Source: Chlorokybus atmophyticus | Taxonomy: Eukaryota > Plantae > Mesostigma and Chlorokybus algae | Assembly: GCA_009103225.1 (NCBI GenBank) | Contig: RHPI01002533.1 | Coordinates: 7,793 to 71,792 of the forward strand | Direction of reading: 5' to 3' | DNA: 64,000 bases | Part shown: positions 1 through 10,500 of the stretch, in pieces | Layout of the letters: each line of letters opens with the position of its first letter | How positions within the stretch are numbered: the stretch's first letter is position 1 | The notes under the pieces: generated by a model | Databases searched by the model: none | What the model saw: the letters and a program-made list of their open reading frames with translations, nothing else | What the model was told of the DNA's origin: nothing | Position numbers and translations under genes: made by a program

Positions 1-2
1 AG

Positions 3-1094
3 GCCAAGCAGCGGCAGGAGGCGGAGGCCAAGGCCAAGCTGGATGAGGACAATGCCAAGCAGCGGCAGGAGGAGGCCGAGGCCAAGCAGAGGCAGCAGGC
101 GGAGGCCAAGGCCAAGCAGGATGAGGCCAATGCCAAGGCCAAGCAGAGGTTTGAGGCCGAGGCCAAGCAGCAGCAGGAGGAGGCCAAGGCCAAGCAGGAT
201 GAGGCCAATGCTAAGGCCAAGCAGGAGGAGGCCGAGGCCAAGCAGAGGCAGGAGGCGGAGGCTAAGGCCAACGAGGCTAAAGACCAGCAAAGGCAGGAGG
301 CTGAGGCCAGGAGCCAGCAGGAGGCTGGCGCTATGCAGGTTGATGCCGCTGTTGAGGAGGAGGCTGATGCTATCAGTGATATGTCAATTGACATCAGCAC
401 CGCAGCAACCAGTGACACCAGTGACACCAAGAAACGCAGACGCCGCCCGTCACGCCGCCAACAGCGAGCTGCTTTGCAAAGGGACAACACGCCTTCCGGT
501 GCTTTCCAGAAGCTGCATCGTGTGCAACAGGGGGAGCGCACCGTGGACGAATATCACGCGCAGTTTGCACAATTGTGCGGGGTGGCAAACACCTGCGTTG
601 AGCTGGTGCCTAAGGCCCTTAAACTACAACTGTTTCTCCAGGGACTCAGGAAAGTAGTGCGCATTGGCGTGCCCAAGGGTCCTTGCAACCAAGATTGGAA
701 TGCTGATCAGTTCGATTTGCTTGTGTCGGCTGCCAAGACTTATGAACGGACCTTGCTTGTTAAACAGCAAGCACACCTCCTAGATCGTTCAAAGTTTGAG
801 TTCGGCAAAGCAAGGCCAAGCAGGTTGCAGAAATTGGAACGACTGGAACAAATCAGCAGTCGTCGGGAGGGCAAGAAGCTGGCACATCAAGCTGCATATC
901 AGCGTGAGCAGGAGATGATAGCTGCACAGGAGACCCTTGAGCAGCAGGAGCAGCTGCGTAAGCAGCTGAAGCGGCAGAAGGAGGAGGAGCGCCAACAGAT
1001 AAAGCGAATGGCTCAGCAGGGAAAGGAGCAGCGGAAGCAGCGGCGGGAGCAGAAGGAAACACAGCAGCAGCAGCAGCCGCAGCAGCAGAGGTAG
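3..1094 (+). CDS. 5'-partial ORF: Ala/Lys/Gln/Glu coiled-coil repeats + retrotransposon-gag-like segment + Gln-rich coiled coil
   Basis: Frame is open from base 3 (AKQRQEAEAKAK... repeats) into ORF 333..1094. The segment FQKLHRVQQGERTVDEYHAQFAQL...LQLFLQGLR resembles the Retrotrans_gag signature (Q-G-x-x-[ST]V-x-EY...F-x-x-GL). No pol follows. Confidence 0.5.
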   Translation, partial: AKQRQEAEAKAKLDEDNAKQRQEEAEAKQRQQAEAKAKQDEANAKAKQRFEAEAKQQQEEAKAKQDEANAKAKQEEAEAKQRQEAEAKANEAKDQQRQEAEARSQQEAGAMQVDAAVEEEADAISDMSIDISTAATSDTSDTKKRRRRPSRRQQRAALQRDNTPSGAFQKLHRVQQGERTVDEYHAQFAQLCGVANTCVELVPKALKLQLFLQGLRKVVRIGVPKGPCNQDWNADQFDLLVSAAKTYERTLLVKQQAHLLDRSKFEFGKARPSRLQKLERLEQISSRREGKKLAHQAAYQREQEMIAAQETLEQQEQLRKQLKRQKEEERQQIKRMAQQGKEQRKQRREQKETQQQQQPQQQR

Positions 1095-1319
1095 CTGTAA
1101 CAGCAACCTCGAGGTTGTTCACTTCACGACTACCAGCTTTGCAGGTTGGAACACGCATGGACACTGCTTGTACAATAGCAAAAGTTGCAAGTATTGCTCT
1201 CGTTAACATCTGCTGCTGTTGTGTTTGCAGGAGCCTCTGCTACCTCACCATGCCTGTGCAGAATCTATCGTTCTCGCAGCGTAGGGCCAACCTCATGTGT
1301 AAGTGTATATATTAATTCA

Positions 1320-2580
1320 AGCTGAACACAGAGGCATCTTCTAGATTTAGCCCTCTGTTTTCTCATTCCCGATTCGGGTCTGAGCTCATGCTGAATGCAG
1401 AGGCATCCTCGTGAATAAGCCCTCTGCTTGCTCATTCTGTCTTTGTATGCAGAGCGTAGGGGCATCACCCTGTGATTAAGCCCCCTTCTTGCTCACTTTC
1501 TTGCCCCCTTCTTGCCTGTGCCACTTGCTTTCGCTGCTAACCAGCAGGAAGTGGAGGTGTTCTTCCAGGTGACATGACAGGAGCTTGACATGACAGGATA
1601 GAGGAAAGACAATCTCGTAGTCTTTGTACAGGATAGAGTGTGTTAGCTCTAGCTGCCTGTCTGCGTGTGTTGAAGGATTGCAGCAAAATGCAATCACCCA
1701 CATCTGCCTGTCCTTGTATGCTTAGGATCATCCCGACTGCACGCGGGTTCACTGCGAACGCACCGCTTTGGGAGCCTTGCTGGCTGCTGTTTGTATGCAG
1801 TCACGGCACACAGGTAAGTGTGACAGCACTTGTAGAGTGGAGGTGGTAACAGAAGTCCGCAGTAAGTCATGAGGTATGCATCGCTCTCGTGCATATACTA
1901 ACTGTGATTGCATTTCACCTTCTCAACCACCTCCAGCCTCTGCATGGAACTTGTTGGTCGCGATCTGCTCCAGGGCTTTTGGATGGACGGCGGTTGTACC
2001 TGCCGCTGGGGTTGGGTTGCTGTTTGTGATATGGCAACTCAGGCTGGCAGTCCTTCTCCCCCCACCCACCCGAGAGAACACCTCTTGCTGCTGTTGACAT
2101 GCCGCCCTCGTACTGGCACGCCCTCGTACTGGCCCCGGCAACCGCTGAAACCGGGCATGTGTCCAAAGATTGCACGCAACCAAAGGCATGCGCACAGCAA
2201 CCTAGAAGTTCTCCTTCTCCGCCCACCCACCCGACACAAAACCTCCTGCGGGTTTACTGCGAACGCAGGATGTGGTCCTGCAGAGCCGTCTCGCGCAAGT
2301 CACGTACTGTAGACTTTGTGCACATGCTCAGAGCCTCTGGTTCATGACTTTCGCGAGTCAGCTTTGGTTGGACCATACCCTGCGTTCGCAGTGAACCCGC
2401 AGGAGGTCTAGTCTCGGGTGGGCGGACGGCGCAACAGGGCATGAAGGTGCTCTGGAAGAGACCCTGCCCAGCAGGTCAGTCTTTCCCGTGCTGGCAAACA
2501 GAGGCATCCTCGTGATTAAGACCTCTTGCTGACTTTATTGGGTCGCTCATTCTGTTGTTGGGTTTGAGTTCAGGCTAACA
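1320..2580. repeat. Cluster of short direct and inverted repeats between convergent ORFs
   Basis: Motif CAGAGGCATCYTCGTGAWTAAG-like at about 1327, 1397, 1460 and 2498. GCGGGTTYACTGCGAACGCA at about 1743 and 2248, with an inverted copy at about 2380-2407. CCCACCCACCCGASA at about 2060 and 2222. Confidence 0.6.
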
Positions 2581-2613
2581 AAGTGGCCAGCAATCAAGAG
2601 CTACCTCTACCTT

Positions 2614-4241
2614 TCAGTAAAAAGGAGGGTAATCAACAGTGAAGCCTATTGCTTCCAGCAACAGCCTGCCTACATGTTCAGAGTAAGTTGGTGGAATGGC
2701 ATTCTTGACTTCCGATTCCGCATCCATCCACTCCACCTGCATGGCAGACTGCCACCCTGCAATCGTGCCACGGCAGGATGCTTGGCCGTACACCGGGTAA
2801 ATTTGCCTCTCCCCAGGTAGCAACTGCCGGCGCTGCTCCGGGTGGGTGGCCAGCTCTCCAAGTGCACAACCAGTGTGGTTGCATTTCAAGTCTGAGTGCA
2901 GTGGAGGGTTTGTCTCGAAGATGCGATGACGATACACATCCAACTTGAACATGGTGCCACACAGCTTCAGGTGAGTTGTCATGTGTCCTGATGCGCCTGC
3001 GACATTCTCTATCACCCATGGCTTGCCGCTCAACTGCAACTTGGCTCTTATGGGGTCAATCAGGTTGACGTGCTCCCATCGATTGCCGTACGCGGAGCGC
3101 TGTGTAGTGGGAATGGCCCCACTTAGAGCTTGACATGGAGGACTTGCCCACACCGCAGCGTATGCTGTCGGGTCAGCGTCCATTGCATCCATCTGGCAGA
3201 ACTTGAATGGGTATGACGGTTGTGGCTTGTTGTCGATGCCCTCAACATCAAACCCTGCCCTGTACAGACCCATGGCTACACCACCAGCGCCGCAAAAGAG
3301 ATCCAGTGCGCGCGGCCTGCAACGTCTTCCGTTTGAGTCTATTGGTGTGCGTGTGATCAGAAGGGGTGGGGGCTTGGGCCATCGATCGAGCTCTCGACCA
3401 GGCAAGTCTTGCAGTTTCAGACAGCTTTGACCACCAACACGAACCATTACGTCGTAACCCTCACGCACAGCTGCCATGTTCCAGTTCTTTATCAAGATGT
3501 GGTGCAGCCGTGGGTCCTCAACGAAATCGTCGTACTTGATGGTATGTTTTCCTGAGCCACATGTTTGCCTGAGCCGGTGCTTGCATGAGCGTGCGCATGT
3601 AAATACTCTGCAGTATACCTGTGTTGGCATAAAAAGTGATGATGTGGCCTGCATACCAGGAGCTCATTCCTGGCCAGTACACCACAACGCGGCATGCTAC
3701 CAAAGACTGCCCCTCATCAACAATCTCCTTCCGCCAAGCAGCCAGTGTCGCGACATCGTCGACAACCGCGTTCCCCTTTGGCATTCAAGAGTAAGTTGGT
3801 CATGCATGCAAGCGCTGTTTTGTTGTTTGCAAGGACAGTTCAACTCACCCTGTTGTTGACATCGTCTTCGATTACCGTGGACTTGCCGCGACCGTTGCGC
3901 ACGAGCTGACGTCGAACCATATTGCACATCTGCCCATCGTGATATGCTCCAGGCCATGCCCAAGGCAGGTGATTCATGGGCTCGCCGTCCCACTCAAACT
4001 TGGAAAGCGAGCACTGCAGGCAAGTGCACTCCTCCCAAAAGAAATCTGGCCTCATGCATTGTGCCAGCAGTCTGCATTGCCTCACATTGTCCCCCCTTGC
4101 CTTGTGGTGCCAGCAGGCTTCATAGAAGCCATACTGCTCACTGTACAGCTTGCACTTCTCTTCATGCTGTTGCAGACGTCTGTTGTTGCCATTCCTCACC
4201 AAGTATGCTTTGCAGAAGCTACACACTTTGACGCCGCGCAT
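2614..4241 (-). CDS. Spliced C5-cytosine DNA methyltransferase with N-terminal Cys/His finger and Tudor-like domain (about 495 aa predicted)
   Basis: Predicted exons 4241-3849, 3775-3619 and 3551-2614, with GT-AG introns of 73 and 67 bp that keep frame. MTase motifs: I RALDLFCGAGG, IV WASPPCQ, VI WVIENV, VIII VYRHRIFE, X KNAIPPTYSEHVG. Splicing joins LVACRVVVYWPGMSSWYAGHIITFYANT to GKHTIKYDD (Tudor pattern). The N-terminus has C-x2-C-x12-H-x3-C. Confidence 0.88.
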
Positions 4242-4531
4242 GCTGGCGCCACGCTACCTGGCACACAAAACCTAGAAGCTAATGCACTGGACGGAAGAAG
4301 AAAAGGAGCATGTACGCAAATTGTGGAGCATATCCGGATTGACTTTCTGGCTTGTTTTGAATCGGGATTGGATGTGTCCTAAACCCTTAATTTACGGCAG
4401 GCAGCCATGACGGTGGCGACGGCGGCGGTGTCAGCGGCGGCAGCGTGCCTGCAGGTCTTTGCTTTGGCTGTATGGAAGTTGATTGGAAGTTGCTTGCAGT
4501 ATGTTGGCTGACTGCTTTTGATGTTTGTAGC

Positions 4532-7500
4532 ATGAGCTACTTTCGCAGGTGTTTTTGCCGCGACTGCAAAGGGAGCAAAGTGTTCACACACAACCACATT
4601 AGAAGGGCTGAATATCATGAAAACTTTGGCAAAAACATGTGGTGTGGCACTCCAGAAGCTGTTGCTCCTGAATACCGTGATCGACTACAACCCCATGAAC
4701 TTGAAGAAGCTGATGCTGCTGTTGCTGCTGCATCCTTACACATGTCGTCAGGTACGAGAGAAACTTCTCTACAGCTTTGAATCTATACAACAGGCTGTCT
4801 GATCATTGATCTGGCTTGCCCCAGGTGAAGCTCTCCATGACATCGAACAATTGCTAGTTGGGAACGACGCTACTGAACATGTTGACACAGGCACGCCGTT
4901 GCAACCGAGTGTTGAATCTCCTTTCAATGTTGCAGCCAACTTGCAACCAGCAGGTACGACCTGACTTGCGTGGCATGTTGACATTGCGGATGCTGTGCCT
5001 CTCATTGTTCATGTGCCACTAGACTCATTGCAGCTGGCAGGTTGTGATCCGTGTGCTCATGAAGGACAATGTGCTTATGGAGAACAACGCGGATCTCACC
5101 CAGCATTTTGTGGAATTGAGAATGCTACATTGCAAGAGCATCAAGGTGCCAGAACCAAATCCACAAATGGACAAGTAGAGCCTGAGACGCCAGTGCACTG
5201 CACCTCCACTGCTGAGCAAGTCGATGCGGAGCAAGGTGATGCGGAGCAAGGTGATGTTGCCGGCGAAGACCAAGACTATGAAACCGATGTGGAATCGCAG
5301 CCAGACGAGGCTAAATGCGTTGATGATGCCATGCTACTTGACAAGGTGAATGCTGCGTTGCTGGATAATGCAAGCAACCCTGTTGTTTTCGGCTCTCGTA
5401 CAACCCCTCTAGGCATTTCCATGCTGCTATTGGTTCTGGCGCAGCTACATCGAATACCCTTCAATTTTATGCATAAACTGCTCAGGTTGGTGGGTAAATT
5501 ACATTGCTGACTGCTCAGCCTGTTCAGAACTGATGTGTTTCTGTGTGCCAGGTTGTTGCGTGGCATCCTCTTGCCTAAGGAGAATAAGATGCCAGGCAGC
5601 ATGCACGAGCTATTGAAATGCCTTGAAGGCCTCAACATGGGCTTCCACACATATGATGCCTGTCGCTGTGATCACATGTTGTATTGTGGCCGACATGCCA
5701 ACAGGATACTTTGCAAAGGTGAGCAATTGTTGCAAATGTTCACTACAATGGGATTTGATTAGCATGTCCCATCAGCATACGACTTGCTTATGCAGTCTGC
5801 AAGGCCCCTCGCTACCGCAACATAGGAGGTAGACAAGTTGCATGGAAGATTGGGCGTTACTTTGACGTGCCTGCTGCGCTGAGGGCTCTGTACCTAAAAC
5901 CTAGTGTTGCTGCGGAGATGATGGCGCACACAAATCGAAGTCAGGATGGGATTATGCGATCTATACACGGTAACATTGCCAAGTTCAGTGGTAAATGAGG
6001 CACGACTGTGTGCATGATTGTGTTGGTGAGCGGCTGGGGCAGTCCAATGCAAGCCCTCAGTGTCCGTGCCTTGTGCTTTTGTGTGCGTGGCGCTGAGGCG
6101 GCATGTAAGACCTCGGTGTCCTTGCCTGTGTTTGTTTGTGTGTCGGCGAGGTGCTGGGGCGGTATGTAAGACCTCAGTATCCAGCCTTGCGATTGTATGC
6201 ATGTTTGAATGTGTTGTGGGGCTGGGGCAGTTGGTCGTAAGCCCTTGGTGTACTTGCTGCTGTCAGACTCGCCAATGTTCAAGGACACTGAACAACGCTA
6301 CAGCCGGTTTGCCAAAGAACCACGCAATGTGCGCCTAGCGATGTTCATCGACGGGATGAGCCCGTTCAAAGATCCGCACAAAGGTATAAAAGAGCATTTT
6401 TCTTCCTGTATGCTCGTTGCAGTGTAACTGTACGAATGGCAGCAAAGGGTTTGTTGAGTTGCAGGGAACTATGAGTTTTGGGTTGTCACAATCTCAGTGT
6501 TGAACCTGCCCATTGCCAAGATGCACAAGACAGACACTACATTTCTAGCTGCTGTAATCCCTGGACCCAAACAGCCAGAGAATCTACAGGCTTATCTCAA
6601 GCCAATTATTGACCAGTTGGGAGATCTCTGGGAAGGTATGGTTTCAACGCAGCTAGGATAAGCAGCTTCCATTACTGCAGTCATGCTTGACAAATGCGCA
6701 TGACTGAGGCATGTAATCTGCTGGCATTTGTTGTAGGTATAGACATATATGACAGCCACCGCGACGCAGTTTTCCGTTGCAGATCTATTCTGGAGATTGT
6801 AATCCATGATTACCCAGGTACGCAAGCAGCAGCAGTGTTTGCACTTACTGTTATCAGTGTCTGACTGTATCTGTATATCGGACTGTCCTTGCAACCATGG
6901 TTGTGGCTACTGAAGTACATCATGTTGGTTGCGCAGCTCTGGCAAAAGCTGCCTTGCAGATGGCGCATGGAGCCATCTTTGGCTGTTCAAAGTGCGAGTG
7001 CAGTGGAGAACATGTGGAACTTCTCAAAAAGGTGATCTATCAAGGCCACCGCCGGTACCTACCGGATGACCATCCTTACAGAGTTGATGAGCGTTGGCCG
7101 CAACCAGAACACAGACCTCCACCACCCATGCGGACTGCAGAGAGCGTGTACAGGTGAGCAATCTCAGTTGATTGCGCATTCGGTTGCAGAACATAGGTAT
7201 GTCAGCTATGGATGCCATGTGATCAGGTATGCTATGACATCTCGCAACAGCAAGCGTCCACTGCACTCCAAGAGACATCCTTCAAAGACCTCCGGCATCC
7301 TTGGACTGAGCTGTTTTCACGACCTTCCATATTGGCTACCGTTACAAAAATCTGTCAAAGGTCATGTGGTTGGCCCTATGCACATTTTTGCCAACCTGGC
7401 AACCAACTTTGCAAATCTCCTAGCTGGCTTGCGCGACAGCATCGAATCACGAGAAGATCTGCAGCAGCAAGGCCGCATGCCTGAACTCTGGCTAGAGGTA

Positions 7501-10500
7501 CGTATGTAGTCGGCCTCGTTGACATGTGCCATAGTTGGATTTAACCAAGGACTTGAACCTATGTGCTGCAGACAGAGATGAAGATGAAGGATGGAAAGGA
7601 AGTCGCAGTCAAGGTAAAACCCCAGGCTCCATGGACAATCACAGATGTAGGACTGGTTGAGCAATTGCTCTCCGGCGTGAGGGTTTCAAGCACTTTCGGC
7701 TCGAAACTGCAGTCTTTCACAAAGCATTTAGGTGAGATAGCCGTTATATGTTTTGTGTTTACGCTAAAGCAATGATTCTCCATGCATGGACAACTTTTGA
7801 CATGGAGCATGCAGGCTCGATGAAATCGCACGACAAGCACAACTTATGGTCGGTCGTTTTTCAGTACGTGCTGCGCTCTGCACACGACATTGGAGAAGAT
7901 CAGAAGAGAACCATCTTCAAACTATGCGACATCTATCAACGGCTGACTGCATTGGAAGTAAAGCAGTCACACCTCGAAGAATTGAAGGTTGGCTTTAATA
8001 ACACTTTACTCTGCATGCCCAGCTCCTATGGCATGCGTAGCTTATTACTTAGTGCAGGTGCTGGTGCATGAGGCACAGTCTGAAGTGGAGCTGTTCTTCC
8101 CGCGAACTTCTCTCACAATGATGCTGCACCTCCTTGGCCATCTACCAGAGCAGTGCATGTGGCTTGGTCCGACGCGTGACCACTGGGAGTGGGCACATGA
8201 ACGCTTTATGCAGTGGGTGAAGCGCATGATATTTGCAAGGCAGCATGTGGAAGCAAGCATCTGCAAAAGGCAAGTTTTGTGTGAGCCCACTGAGAGTTAC
8301 GTGCAAACTTTCCACATTGTTTGCCTTGTTCAAGTGCCAGTTGCATCTGCAGATACTCTATCCAGCTCATGCTGAACACTTACATGGACACCTTGAAGCG
8401 ACTTTTCTCCGACATCAGTTTGCGATCGGGCAAGCAACGAGATGATGACGACTATGTGCTCTGCGGACGGAGACACCGTATTGAGGTTGGGGATAAAGAT
8501 AGTAAGACAAGGCAGGAGCTCGAGTGGTGGTTGGCTGAGAATGACGATGAATACAGGCTGTTAAAAGAGTAAGTTGCTTTGGGAGTTGCTGTTTTGTACG
8601 TGATGTCCAACGCGCAGACAGTATGATTTATTTATGGGTTGCTGCTACACAGAGAGTTCAGTCGGGAGGTGAACAAACGCAGGATGGCAAGGGAAAGGGC
8701 TCAAACACAAGGACATGTCGTGGCAAAGGACTTGGAGCATATGACTAAGCTGCATCACTGGCGTGGACCTGCTAGGGAGCTTACAAAGCACGAGATGGAG
8801 CTGTTGAGCGGTCCAATCTTTTCAAAGTACATCAAGCGATACTTCAGAGCACGCTACAAGGACATCGGTCAGTTCAGAGCAGAGGAAATGGAGAAGAAAC
8901 TCCGCACCATGGACTGTGGCGTGTTTACCGTTGGGCGTGACTCAGATGACCCAACCAAGAAGATCCATTGGTATGGCAGGGTGCAATCCTTTTATGTTGT
9001 GGTGATAGCTGGTCGGGAGCACCAGCTGCTCAGAGCTAGGTGGTACATGAGCAACCAAGTCCAGCACAATGGAGGATTTGCAATCTTAAGAAAAGACAAG
9101 CCCCGCTTTGCAGAACAAACCTACCTTGATTGCAACCTGGTAAGTGGCTGTGTTGCAATCGTTTTGGCGTGTGCTTGGTGTGATGATAGTAAATTGAAAT
9201 AGTAGTATGAAAATGGCTGATGAATATCCCTTCTTGCTGGCAGGTCAAGGGCCAGTGGTTTGAGGGAATTGATCCCCATGACAACAAAGTAACAGTAGCG
9301 CTTGTTAAAGACAGGCGCAGTCTCATGCGTCGAGGCATGCACCGGGACACTCCGGTAAGAGGAGAGTTAACAACGTTGTCCATTAGAATCTGGATGTCCT
9401 CATATATCCTGAGTTTTGGCATCACATACAACCGTCTTGTGTACTTGGTGCAGGGTGCTCAAAGCGAAACCAATAGCGCTTCGAGCGAGGTGTCATGGAC
9501 CACACGCCGCGACTGGCATTTTGAGTACAAGAGGTACTGTTTGCGATTGTGATGCCTCGTATCCCTACTGTGAGACTGTAGACCTGGCCACTGAACCTTT
9601 GTTCACAGGATGAGACCGAGACTGGAGCTGGATGCGTTGGAACATCGGGAACATGAAGACTACTGCTTTGTCTGCAAGGATGGGGGCACCATATCTGGCT
9701 GCGATGTGGAAGGTTGCTGGAAAAGCTACCACGCGCACTGTGTCTCTATGCCGCCTGTGGAGGATGAATATTGGGAGTGCCCAAGGCATGAGTAAGTGGG
9801 GTTCATTGCAGCAAATGCTTGGCATCTTGTTGTGAGGAACTTCACTCCTAGAACCATCATCATTTGTACTGAACCAAAACACAGGTGCCATGTGAAGAAC
9901 TGCAACGAAGCAGCTTTTCAAGTCTGCGCGACGTGTCCAAACAGCCTCTGTCGACGGCACGTTGTGGGTAGCATGGTTGAGGTTACGTGCTCGCGATGCG
10001 CTGCATACGAAGAAGGTGGTGCTTCAGCGCAGCTCCCAAGGGAGAGCCTTGCTCGTCGTTCTCTGCCGGGCAGTTGCGGTAGGATTTCACAACCTGTGCA
10101 GAGTGGGGTTCAACACGTTGAAGAGAGTGGGGATGAGGCTAACAATGGTAAGCTGCTGTGTGCTTGAGCTTGTTGATTTGCGTTGTGGTTCTTGCCCAAT
10201 TGAACCATTTATGGCTGCAGAGGCAGTCATGATGGAAGTTGACGATGAAGACGAAGAGGGCTGTAATCAGCAACCCACGACGGCTGCGGCAGTTGTGGAC
10301 CTCGTGGGCAGCGATGATGACATCATGGTGCTGGACGATCCAGTCAACAACCCGCAGCCGTCAACACTGCAGCCACTGTTCATTTACCCTAGTGCAAGTG
10401 CACGTGATGCGGTGCCAGTGCTTGAAACGGACAGGAGGTTGCTGGATGGCAGACAAGAGCTCAATGACACCATCCTCCACTTCTTTTGCAGGTATGTGAT

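Noticed and set aside
43-657. Arg/Pro/Ser-rich ORF 43..657
   Set aside because: Alternative frame of the AKQE repeat ORF, with no independent evidence.
4272-4410. Myb-like HWTEEEKEHVRKLW peptide on the plus strand
   Set aside because: Only about 43 codons, in the divergent promoter region, with no supporting splice context; probably chance.
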